Source: Ruminococcaceae bacterium UBA1448
GTDB lineage: Bacteria; Bacillota; Clostridia; Oscillospirales; Ruminococcaceae
Reading direction: 5' to 3'
Length of the DNA: 32,603 nt
NCBI GenBank assembly: GCA_002329405.1
Contig: DCTE01000042.1
Location: 1 to 32,603 of the forward strand
Below the pieces are notes generated by a model, which saw only the letters and a program-made list of their open reading frames with translations, was not told the DNA's origin and ran no database searches. Shown here piece by piece: positions 8,777 to 16,083 of this stretch. The position numbers and the translations under genes were made by a program. Every line of letters starts with the position of its first letter. Position 1 is the stretch's first letter.

Positions 8777-9289
8777 TCAATGTTTTCCAGTTTTTTCTGT
8801 TTTTTTGGAAGCCTTCTGAGCTGCTTTTTCAGCCCGCTTCTGTTCTTCTTTTGCCTCTTGGGCGGGAGTCTTGCCGGTCGAACGGATAAACTCATTTTTA
8901 CACTTCGGGCAGATAATCCGAACCTTTCCTTTATTCCGGGGTACTCGTACCATCTGGTGACAGCTGGGACAACGAAAATATTTATGGGTCTTCCGATCTC
9001 TGACACGGTTGCTTTCTGTTTTGACCCATCCGCGGAAACCGGTGGTGTGATCCATGACCCAGCGCCAGCCGGTCAAAAAGATCTCATTTTCCTTACTGCG
9101 CGCGGCAATATTCCGTGAAAGCGTCCGAAAGATAATCCAGGCCCACAGGCCGTAGGAAAGCAGCAAGGTGATGATATTTCCGCCAAAAATACTGGAAACA
9201 AAAGTAATAATAACACTGAGCACAAGCAGGAACAGGGACAGAGAGTCTGTGCCATACCGTCCGATCATAAAGTTGCGCAGCCAGTTCAT
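8777..9289 (-). CDS. Hypothetical membrane protein with a C-terminal zinc ribbon and a Lys/Glu-rich tail
   Basis: The 170-aa protein has two N-terminal TM helices, then CPSC-x15-CPKC (YFRCPSCHQMVRVPRNKGKVRIICPKCKNEF) and a charged tail (AQEAKEEQKRAEKAAQKASKKTEKTGKH). GAAAGGAAA SD lies upstream. Confidence 0.7.
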   Translation of the reverse strand: MNWLRNFMIGRYGTDSLSLFLLVLSVIITFVSSIFGGNIITLLLSYGLWAWIIFRTLSRNIAARSKENEIFLTGWRWVMDHTTGFRGWVKTESNRVRDRKTHKYFRCPSCHQMVRVPRNKGKVRIICPKCKNEFIRSTGKTPAQEAKEEQKRAEKAAQKASKKTEKTGKH

Positions 9290-9478
9290 AAAATCGCAAT
9301 TTCCTTTCTGTCTGCCGGTTATCCGGCATTGTGTTTTGTCGGCAATATGTACTGCCTTTTATATTATCCAGTATGGACAAAAAATATGACAAAGTCAAGC
9401 ATTTACACCCAAATTTACAAAAGGTTCTTATACCTTTGCAATATGGTAAACAGACTGTTTCCAATTTATGACCAAGCC

Positions 9479-9494
9479 TGTTCCACGTGGAACA
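9479..9494. other. parS: parS site, copy 2
   Basis: TGTTCCACGTGGAACA is identical to copies 1 and 3. It is intergenic and fused to the U-tract of the ilvE terminator. Confidence 0.85.
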
Positions 9495-9545
9495 AAAAGC
9501 GGGAGCAGAAACAGCTTTTCAGCCCTTCCGCTCCCACATAAATAC
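9494..9545 (-). terminator. Rho-independent terminator of ilvE
   Basis: The minus-strand RNA reads GGGAGC-(23-nt loop)-GCTCCC-GC-TTTTT. The arms are 9540-9545 and 9501-9506. It starts 7 nt after the ilvE stop region. Confidence 0.65.
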
Positions 9546-9551
9546 ATTTTA

Positions 9552-10616
9552 TCAGCAAACCTTAACCGTCCAGCCGAACGGATCTTCCGCTTTTCCCCAC
9601 TGGATAGCAGTCAATGCATCATACAACTTCTGCGACAATTCGCCAATTTTACCGTCCGACAGGGTCATATCATAATCCTTGTAACGGAGCAGGCCGACAG
9701 GAGAGATGACCGCAGCAGTGCCGGAACCAAACATCTCAGTAAACTTGCCTTCCTTGTATGCTTCCATCAGCTCGTCAACTGTAATCCGGCGTTCGGAAAC
9801 CTTATAGCCCCAATGTTTGAGAATTTCAATAACCGATTTACGGGTAATGCCGGGCAGGATTGAACCGCGCAGTTCAGGGGTCACAACCTCGTCACCCAGT
9901 ACAAAAAAGACGTTCATCGCGCCGACTTCTTCGATGTACTTCTGTTCAACGCCATCCAGCCAGAGGACCTGCGAGAAGCCCTGTGCAGCAGCTTCTTCCT
10001 GAGCCAGCATCGAAGCAGCGTAGTTGCCGCCGGTCTTTGCAAAACCGGTGCCGCCGCGTACCGCACGGACATAACGGGGTTCAACATAGATGTTGACAGG
10101 GTTCAGGCCGGAAGCATAGTAAGCACCGACCGGCGAAAGGATGATCAGGAACTTGACCATCGAGGTATTGTGTGCGCCCAGGTTGGGTTCGGTCGCGATG
10201 CAGAAAGGACGGACATACAGCGAATGCCCTTCCGAATAGGGGACCCATTCCTGATCGATTTCGACCAGCTTTTTCAGTGCTTCGATGCAGAAGTCTATAT
10301 CCACTTCCGGCATTGCCAGACGTTTGTTGGAATTGTTGAGACGCTTGAAGTTCTCTTCCGGGCGGAACAGCTGGATGTGACCATCCGGCGTGCGGTAAGC
10401 CTTCAGACCTTCAAAAGTCTCCTGGCTGTAGTGAAAGACGTTGCAGGCAGGGGAAAGGGAGATGTCGCCAAAGGGGATGATCTGTGCGTCATGCCAGCCA
10501 TTTTCCTTATCCCAATCCATTGTAAACATATGATCGGTGAAGACCTTGCCAAAACCGAGCTCCGAATCCTTCGTTTTCTGTTTCGGGCAGTCTGTCAGCT
10601 GAATTTTGATTTCCAT
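9552..10616 (-). CDS. ilvE: Branched-chain amino acid aminotransferase (fold type IV PLP enzyme)
   Basis: The 354-aa protein contains LGFGKVFTDHMFTMDW, EGLKAYR, YVRP, GGTGFAKTGGNYAAS and GITR, which are typical BCAT motifs. Confidence 0.92.
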   Translation of the reverse strand: MEIKIQLTDCPKQKTKDSELGFGKVFTDHMFTMDWDKENGWHDAQIIPFGDISLSPACNVFHYSQETFEGLKAYRTPDGHIQLFRPEENFKRLNNSNKRLAMPEVDIDFCIEALKKLVEIDQEWVPYSEGHSLYVRPFCIATEPNLGAHNTSMVKFLIILSPVGAYYASGLNPVNIYVEPRYVRAVRGGTGFAKTGGNYAASMLAQEEAAAQGFSQVLWLDGVEQKYIEEVGAMNVFFVLGDEVVTPELRGSILPGITRKSVIEILKHWGYKVSERRITVDELMEAYKEGKFTEMFGSGTAAVISPVGLLRYKDYDMTLSDGKIGELSQKLYDALTAIQWGKAEDPFGWTVKVC

Positions 10617-10798
10617 GATCCGAACACCGCTTTTTCATTCCAGCAGGTTGTTTGCAGTTTTGCCACCAACAGCCGACCCGCCGGGCCTGCCGTCACCTGA
10701 CAGTCAGGGTGGCCCGGTACATTTTGGAACGAAAAAATTCCTTTCTTTCATTTTTCTGTCAGCAGATTAAAAAAATCCTGCTGTTTTTCCTTTTAAAA

Positions 10799-10827
10799 AG
10801 TATATCACAACGATAAAATGCTGTCAA
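10799..10827 (-). promoter_or_regulatory. Sigma-A type promoter of ilvE, predicting a ~175-nt leader
   Basis: The minus strand reads TTGACA (10827-10822), a 17-nt spacer, then TATACT (10804-10799). Confidence 0.65.
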
Positions 10828-10866
10828 CAAGATGACAACTTGCAAAATAAACGAATTTTGAATCGT

Positions 10867-10943
10867 TTGAAAAGGCCAATTTGTGACTTGTATGATTTTG
10901 TTATAATTGTTAGACAAGTCTGTATTATTCAGTTCACAAATTG
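10867..10943 (-). terminator. Long compound hairpin/terminator after the small membrane protein gene
   Basis: CCAATTTGTGA (10875-10885) pairs with TCACAAATTGG (10933-10943), with an inner GACTTGT/ACAAGTC pair. On the minus strand it is followed by CCTTTTC. It begins 5 nt after the stop at 10948. Confidence 0.55.
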
Positions 10944-10947
10944 GGGT

Positions 10948-11166
10948 TTATCCACCAAGCATTGTATTTGCCACCAATACCCCTGTTGTTGTCAATACCA
11001 CTGCAGCCAAGGAAACCAGCAGGACAATACACCATATTACAAAATATCGCTTTCCACGCTTTTGAATCATTCCTCTGATCCCCATGAGCACAGAAACAAC
11101 AAGTAAAGCGATACCGCCATACAAGAGCGCAATATAGACAAACTCTGGAATAGTCAAATACCTCAC
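10948..11166 (-). CDS. Small hypothetical membrane protein (72 aa, two TM)
   Basis: It has a GTG start with AAGGAGG 9 nt upstream and two hydrophobic helices separated by a KRGKR loop. It lies 58 nt downstream of the flavodoxin/ferredoxin gene. Confidence 0.6.
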   Translation of the reverse strand: MRYLTIPEFVYIALLYGGIALLVVSVLMGIRGMIQKRGKRYFVIWCIVLLVSLAAVVLTTTGVLVANTMLGG

Positions 11167-11224
11167 GCAATCGCGCCTCCTTGCTCAAACATACCCGCTG
11201 TTCTGGCAAACCTATTTTGTCTGA

Positions 11225-12001
11225 TCACAAAAACAGCTGGTCTTCCTTACGCTGGGAACAGACAAGCCGCAGCCGCTGTTCCAGTCCCGACAGCAGTGCA
11301 GCAGGCAGCTGCCGCGCCCCGTTCGGACATACTGAGATGCAGCGCATGCAGGAAATACATTTTTCCTCGTCCAGTTGCTGGCCATTCGCCGAAATAGCCC
11401 CTGCCGGACACATCCGGGCACAGTTTCCGCATTGGGTACAGGATTCGCCCGGCATCGGATGCGGCCCGCCATTCCCTCCGTCCTTATACGGACGGTTGCC
11501 GGGAAGCTGAGGTTCACCGGCAAAATCCCGTTCCATCGACGCCAGAATCGACCGGCCAAACTGCCGCAGGACGACAGCGTCCACACTGTCCGGCCGTCCC
11601 TCTCCGTACATGCGGACAATCGAATGCTCGGCAACAGCAGCAACGCCCGCAGTTACCCGACAACCGCCTTCTGCCAGAATATCCCGCAGTTCAACCAGCG
11701 CGTCATCATAAGCCCGATTGCCATATACCGCGACAGCCACTACACGGCAGCTGTTTCCAAAACTATCTTCCCCGGTGCCAAACAGTTCTCTCAATTTTTC
11801 ACTTTCCATCGCAGGCACACGCCCGCCATATACCGGCGCACCGACCAAGCAGATATCATCCGGCTCAAAAGCAATCTGTTGTACAGCATCCTGGCTGCAC
11901 AGCTCCACCACAACCGGCTCAATCTCCATCCCTTCGGCCAGCAGATCCAATACCCGCCGGGTCCCACCGGTCGGACTGAATGAAATCAGATACAAGCGCA
12001 T
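11225..12001 (-). CDS. Flavodoxin-like domain fused to a 2x[4Fe-4S] ferredoxin domain (EFR1-type ferredoxin)
   Basis: The N-terminus MRLYLISFSPTGGTRRV is flavodoxin-like. The C-terminus has two CxxCxxCxxxCP motifs (CTQCGNCARMCP, CISCMRCISVCP). Confidence 0.8.
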   Translation of the reverse strand: MRLYLISFSPTGGTRRVLDLLAEGMEIEPVVVELCSQDAVQQIAFEPDDICLVGAPVYGGRVPAMESEKLRELFGTGEDSFGNSCRVVAVAVYGNRAYDDALVELRDILAEGGCRVTAGVAAVAEHSIVRMYGEGRPDSVDAVVLRQFGRSILASMERDFAGEPQLPGNRPYKDGGNGGPHPMPGESCTQCGNCARMCPAGAISANGQQLDEEKCISCMRCISVCPNGARQLPAALLSGLEQRLRLVCSQRKEDQLFL

Positions 12002-12045
12002 ATTTAAGCCACCCTTTCACTTGATTATTTGTCAGCACTTTTATT

Positions 12046-12074
12046 TATTATAGCACCCCCGGCCGGAATCTGCA
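12046..12074 (-). promoter_or_regulatory. Sigma-A type promoter of the flavodoxin/ferredoxin gene
   Basis: The minus strand reads TTGCAG (12074-12069), a 17-nt spacer ending in TGc, then TATAAT (12051-12046). Confidence 0.6.
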
Positions 12075-12236
12075 ATCAATCTGTCAACCCCGCGCAAAGG
12101 TGCAGATCAGTAGATGTACATTCGTCCCAAAAAATACCGGTTTAAAAATTCATATTTGGTCTACAGATTACCCCTCCATTCGTGTTATACTGCAAAAAAC
12201 GGACAGAATTTTTGCCGCCGTCAGGAGGGATACCAT

Positions 12237-13517
12237 ATGCAGCAAAATACCCATCTGCCGATGTTTCATAAAACCATCTGTCTGCTGCTCTGCCTGCTGT
12301 TTGGCAGCAGTCTCTGCGGCTGCGCTGCTCAGCCGCCCAGCGGTGAGACAGCTTCTCAGTCATCAGCCATACAGGCAGAAAATACTTCCTCCGCTCCCTC
12401 TCAACCGGAAACCTCCAAACAGTCTGACACGGCCATCTCCCGGCCGGAAAACCAGTCAGATACTGTGAAAGAGGAGATAGACCAGCAGCCGGACACCAAC
12501 ACAACTGACCCTGTTTTGCAGCAGCTGTTGGACAACATGACGCTGGAAGAAAAGGTCGGGCAGATGTTTATCGTCCGCTGCCCGCAGGAAAATGCGGCTG
12601 ATATCGCCCAGCAGTATCATCTTGGTGGATATATCCTGTTTGCACAAGATTTTGAAAGCAACGACCCGCAACTGGTCACCGGCAATATTCAGCAGTATCA
12701 GGAAGTATCCGACATTCCCATGCTGATCGGAGTCGATGAAGAGGGCGGTACCGTCAACCGGGTGAGCAAATATCCCGCCTTCCGGGAAACACCTTTTCAG
12801 TCTCCGCAGGCACTGTATGATCTCGGCGGTCTGGAACTGATTGAGTTGGATACGGTTGAAAAAAGCCAGCTGCTGCTGAGCCTCGGCATCAACGTCAATT
12901 TTGCGCCTGTCTGTGATGTTTCCCAGAACCCCGATGATTTTATCTATGACCGGGCGTTTGGCGGTAACGCAAAGCAGACGGCCGAATATATCAAAACGGT
13001 GGTTTGTGCGATGAAGCAGGAGGGAATCGGCTCGGTTCTCAAACATTTTCCCGGCTATGGCAATAATTCCGATACCCATACCGGCATTGCATATGATGAC
13101 CGGTCGTTTGATACCTTTGCCGATTCCGACTTTATCCCGTTTCAGGCCGGTATTGACGCGGGAGCAGACATTGTGCTGGTTTCCCACAATATCGTCAATT
13201 GCATGGACAGTGAAAACCCTGCATCCCTGTCTGAAAATGTCCACCAGATCCTGCGCAACCGGCTGGGATTTGATGGCGTGATTGTGACCGATGACCTCAG
13301 TATGGACGGAATACGGGATTTTACCGACGATCAGCAGGCGGCGGTATTGGCAGTTCTGGCGGGAAATGATCTGATCTGCTGCACCGACTATCAAACCCAG
13401 ATTCCAGCTGTTATCCAGGCAGCCAATTCCGGCGAAATCTCCGAGGAGATAATTGACCAGGCCGTACTGCGTATTCTCATGCTGAAGCAATCTCTTGGTC
13501 TGCTGCAAGACAGCTAA
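12237..13517 (+). CDS. Glycoside hydrolase family 3 lipoprotein, NagZ-like beta-N-acetylhexosaminidase
   Basis: The start is trimmed to ATG 12237, with AGGAGGG 7 nt upstream. The signal peptide has a lipobox (LLFGSSLCGC) and is followed by a Ser/Thr/Gln-rich linker. GH3 motifs are present: GQMFIV, IGVDEEGG, KHFPGYGN, GVIVTDDLSM. Confidence 0.85.
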   Translation: MQQNTHLPMFHKTICLLLCLLFGSSLCGCAAQPPSGETASQSSAIQAENTSSAPSQPETSKQSDTAISRPENQSDTVKEEIDQQPDTNTTDPVLQQLLDNMTLEEKVGQMFIVRCPQENAADIAQQYHLGGYILFAQDFESNDPQLVTGNIQQYQEVSDIPMLIGVDEEGGTVNRVSKYPAFRETPFQSPQALYDLGGLELIELDTVEKSQLLLSLGINVNFAPVCDVSQNPDDFIYDRAFGGNAKQTAEYIKTVVCAMKQEGIGSVLKHFPGYGNNSDTHTGIAYDDRSFDTFADSDFIPFQAGIDAGADIVLVSHNIVNCMDSENPASLSENVHQILRNRLGFDGVIVTDDLSMDGIRDFTDDQQAAVLAVLAGNDLICCTDYQTQIPAVIQAANSGEISEEIIDQAVLRILMLKQSLGLLQDS

Positions 13518-13559
13518 AAAGGGTGGGATATAACCCGACAGTTATATCCCATCCTTTTC
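13516..13559. terminator. Bidirectional terminator between the convergent GH3 and GGDEF/EAL genes
   Basis: The sequence reads AAAAA-GGGTGGGATATAAC-ccgaca-GTTATATCCCATCC-TTTT. The 11-bp core stem is 13524-13534/13541-13551. Confidence 0.75.
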
Positions 13560-13567
13560 TCATTTGC

Positions 13568-15535
13568 TCAGTCTTCATTACCAGCATCTAAAATACAGAG
13601 ATGCTCCGATACAAATGCTGTAAATGCCTCTTCCGGCATCGGTTTTGCATAATAAAACCCCTGAATCCAATCTACCCCTATCATTCGCAGATGACGGGCT
13701 GCCAACTCGTCTTCAACACCTTCTGCTACAATATGACAGCCAATCTGATGAAACAGGTGGACCATTGTCTCTACCATCGCACAGGAACGCTTATCGCTGG
13801 GATATCCGCTGATAATGCTACGGTCCAGTTTCACGCAAGAAATGGGTATTCCCAGCAGCCGGGACAAGTTGGAATATCCCGTTCCAAAATCATCCAGATA
13901 AAAACAAACCCCCATTCCCCTCAACTGATTAATAATTACACTCATCCGTTCAGGATCTTCACTCAAAACCCGCTCAGTAATCTCTATCTTCAACTGCTCT
14001 GGCCGTACCTGATACCGCCGAAGACAGTCATCTATACGCCTGATTAAATCGCTGCTGGCGAACTGCTGTGCCGACATATTCAGCGAAACCGACCGGACTC
14101 CTTGCTCTTTTCTTCCCAGAAAACGGCAAATCTCTTCCAGAGCAAACCACGTCAACTCATCTACCAGACCGTTTTCCTCAGCAAGCGGAATAAAGATGGA
14201 CGGCGAAATCAACTTTCCCTCTCGGTCCCGCATCCGCAACAATGCTTCAGCAGAATTATACTGTCCGGTCTTACAGTCATACAACGGCTGATACCAGACC
14301 TCCAGAAGGTGATCCCGGACAGCCTGACGCAAAAGAGACAATACTTCCCGATCACGGTTCCAGCAGGCAAACAGCTGCTGATTAAATCGAACCATTCGTT
14401 GTTCACTGCCAGCATGCCGAAAGCTGTAATTGATAAATTCAATAATGTTGGAGCAGTTCCACTGTTCCCCGCAGTACACCACTTCCACACAGCATGCCGG
14501 AAGCACTGCTTTAATCTCACCAACTTCCCAAGTCTGCCTGAATCGCTGTTCGACCGTTTTTGCCCAACATTCAGCCTGTACGTCTCCCTGATAGGGGAGC
14601 AGCACACAAAATTCGACATTACCCATTCGGTAAGCCTGTACCTGCGGCGACAGTTCCCCCAGCCAACGGCCGACTTCATACAAAAAAGCGTCCCCTTTGT
14701 CGGCACCGTAATTCTGATTGACAAGATTAAACCGGGACAGTGAAACTGCAATGACCTGGAAATAACTATGCAGCTGTACCTTTCGTTCAATCTGCTGATA
14801 TAAACAGCTGCGATTGCCAAGACCAGTCTGGCTATCCGCCTCAATCCGGTTGCTCTGGAAATTAAACAGCATGATAATATCTGTAATAACCATTATGCCA
14901 CCATTCAGCAAATGATCAGGATAAATCAGCTGAAAAACTGTTAACAATATAACCGATGGCGGAAGCGTCCGAATAACCTGCCGGGTGGATTTACTCAGGT
15001 GCTTCCAATTGAGCAATGCACATCCCAGAATCATCGCCACTTCCAGTGCCATCAGGTAATAACCCAGCTGATTCAGCGGTCCACGCAGGTAATGGTTACC
15101 CTCATTAAACCAAAACAGAAAACCGGTAAGGGGATTACTGACAACCAATGCCAGATAACCAATTGTTATCCCGATAAATATCTTTCGCAATCGGTACATC
15201 CAAACCCGCTCATAGATATGTTCATAGATAATCTCCAGCAGATAACAGGCAACGACCGTCACCATCAGCAAAATTAAAATAAAATAACCACTGTTGATCA
15301 GCAGATGTATCCATTTGGGTATATACTGTGCTACATTTTCCAAAGAATGAACACATAGTATATTCAAAATAATAGATGCTATCGTGAGAGAAAGACTGAC
15401 CAAGTAAAACTTACTCTTGCGGGAATATGGCCATCTCTTTTCATGAAAATTGATCAACAGGATGATACTCATGACCAAAGAAAATACTTCTGTGGCTAAA
15501 GACCAGTTTGTCAATACTTTTTCCTTTCCAATCAC
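13568..15535 (-). CDS. Membrane-anchored signalling protein with a polytopic N-terminal domain, a degenerate GGDEF domain and an intact EAL domain (probable c-di-GMP phosphodiesterase)
   Basis: It has about 7 TM helices, a GGDEF-fold region (DSQTGLGNR) whose active-site motif reads GNVEF, and EAL-domain signatures (EALLRMRD, LNMS, EITER, DDFGTGYS, KLDRS, EGVED, QGF). The start is uncertain: GTG 15535 lacks an SD, and TTG 15514 has GGAAAGGA upstream. Confidence 0.85.
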   Translation of the reverse strand: MIGKEKVLTNWSLATEVFSLVMSIILLINFHEKRWPYSRKSKFYLVSLSLTIASIILNILCVHSLENVAQYIPKWIHLLINSGYFILILLMVTVVACYLLEIIYEHIYERVWMYRLRKIFIGITIGYLALVVSNPLTGFLFWFNEGNHYLRGPLNQLGYYLMALEVAMILGCALLNWKHLSKSTRQVIRTLPPSVILLTVFQLIYPDHLLNGGIMVITDIIMLFNFQSNRIEADSQTGLGNRSCLYQQIERKVQLHSYFQVIAVSLSRFNLVNQNYGADKGDAFLYEVGRWLGELSPQVQAYRMGNVEFCVLLPYQGDVQAECWAKTVEQRFRQTWEVGEIKAVLPACCVEVVYCGEQWNCSNIIEFINYSFRHAGSEQRMVRFNQQLFACWNRDREVLSLLRQAVRDHLLEVWYQPLYDCKTGQYNSAEALLRMRDREGKLISPSIFIPLAEENGLVDELTWFALEEICRFLGRKEQGVRSVSLNMSAQQFASSDLIRRIDDCLRRYQVRPEQLKIEITERVLSEDPERMSVIINQLRGMGVCFYLDDFGTGYSNLSRLLGIPISCVKLDRSIISGYPSDKRSCAMVETMVHLFHQIGCHIVAEGVEDELAARHLRMIGVDWIQGFYYAKPMPEEAFTAFVSEHLCILDAGNED

Positions 15536-15697
15536 TGATTTTTAAAGGAGTATTTCTGACAGCATTCCTTTAAAAACGACCCTACATCTTATAGCAGCTA
15601 TTATATCACATATTTCAATTAAAATAAACCAAAAATTAAAATTCAAAAAATCCTTAAATATTAATTTTGACAAATGTATTTAATTTTTCAGTTTTTC

Positions 15698-15741
15698 GAC
15701 AAAAAAAGAGTGCCTACAGCCAAAAAGCTGAAAGCACTCTT
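15698..15741 (-). terminator. Rho-independent terminator of the tRNA-Leu pair
   Basis: The minus strand reads AAGAGTGC-(loop)-GCACTCTT followed by TTTTTTT. The arms are 15734-15741 and 15706-15713. It starts 4 nt after the tRNA 3' end. Confidence 0.8.
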
Positions 15742-15744
15742 TTC

Positions 15745-15831
15745 TGGTGCGGATAGCAGGACTTGAACCTGTATGACCGTGAAGTCACTAGAACCTGAAT
15801 CTAGCGCGTCTGCCAATTCCGCCATATCCGC
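15745..15831 (-). tRNA. tRNA-Leu (anticodon CAG), type II with long variable arm, CCA encoded
   Basis: The sequence is GCGGATATGGCGGAATTGGCAGACGCGCTAGATTCAGGTTCTAGTGACTTCACGGTCATACAGGTTCAAGTCCTGCTATCCGCACCA. It has a 7-bp acceptor stem, a CTAGA/TCTAG anticodon stem with loop TTCAGGT, a TGAC/GTCA variable arm and a TTCAAGT T-loop. There is one A-C mismatch in the T stem. Confidence 0.9.
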
Positions 15832-15834
15832 ATA

Positions 15835-15921
15835 TGGTGCCGGTGGCGGGACTTGAACCCGCACGGTATCGCTACCAACGGATTTTGAGTCCGTCACGTC
15901 TGCCAATTCCATCACACCGAC
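15835..15921 (-). tRNA. tRNA-Leu (anticodon CAA), type II with long variable arm, CCA encoded
   Basis: The sequence is GTCGGTGTGATGGAATTGGCAGACGTGACGGACTCAAAATCCGTTGGTAGCGATACCGTGCGGGTTCAAGTCCCGCCACCGGCACCA. It has an acceptor stem with one G-U pair, an ACGGA/TCCGT anticodon stem with loop CTCAAAA, a GGTA/TACC variable arm and a GCGGG/CCCGC T stem. Confidence 0.92.
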
Positions 15922-15949
15922 GCGATCTTATTTCGTGGATGCAAGACGT

Positions 15950-15978
15950 ATTATAGCACAACGGGAAACAAATTGCAA
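15950..15978 (-). promoter_or_regulatory. Sigma-A type promoter of the tRNA-Leu pair
   Basis: The minus strand reads TTGCAA (15978-15973), a 17-nt spacer ending in TGc, then TATAAT (15955-15950), 28 nt upstream of the tRNA 5' end. Confidence 0.7.
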
Positions 15979-16017
15979 GTGTTTTTTTGCAATTCCCTGA
16001 AAAAAAATATTTTTTTC

Positions 16018-16047
16018 TTGCAGCTTCCTGTCCTGCTATGGTATAAT
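16018..16047 (+). promoter_or_regulatory. Promoter of the methyltransferase gene cluster
   Basis: TTGCAG (16018-16023), an 18-nt spacer, then TGgTATAAT (-10 at 16042-16047), 36 nt upstream of ATG 16084. Confidence 0.6.
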
Positions 16048-16083
16048 TATTTTTATAACCTATCAACACGGCAGGAGGTTTCT

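Noticed and set aside
10704-10720. A T-box-like string, TCAGGGTGGCCCGGTAC, in the ilvE upstream region.
   Set aside because: It is on the plus strand while ilvE is on the minus strand. It deviates from the GGGTGGTACCGCG core, and there is no specifier-loop/antiterminator architecture on the correct strand.
10878-10906. A plus-strand promoter-like element (TTGTGA-15-TGtTATAAT) inside the loop of the 10875-10943 hairpin.
   Set aside because: It would only drive antisense transcription into the small membrane protein and flavodoxin genes. The spacer is suboptimal, and AT-rich loops easily mimic -10 boxes. There is no supporting downstream ORF or structure.
10947-10955. A DnaA-box-like TTATCCACC, and the tandem TTATCCG TTATCCG at 25021-25034.
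   Set aside because: These are single, imperfect matches with no cluster of boxes and no adjacent AT-rich unwinding element. This does not amount to an origin.
13827-13842. parS-like AGTTTCACGCAAGAAA inside the EAL gene, and a CACGTG hexamer inside mfd at 24294-24299.
   Set aside because: The first has only about 11/16 matches to parS. The flanks around the mfd CACGTG are unrelated to parS. Both are within chance expectation.
13568-15744. A possible genomic island integrated at the tRNA-Leu 3' end.
   Set aside because: There is no integrase or recombinase, and I could not find a direct repeat of the tRNA 3' end near 13518-13567. Only one gene is involved. The AT-richness is partly explained by the Ile/Leu/Phe-rich membrane domain. 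I kept only the composition note as a finding.
15688-15915. A 75-aa minus-strand ORF spanning the tRNA region.
   Set aside because: It is fully explained by two well-folding tRNA-Leu genes on the same strand, so it is an ORF-caller artefact.
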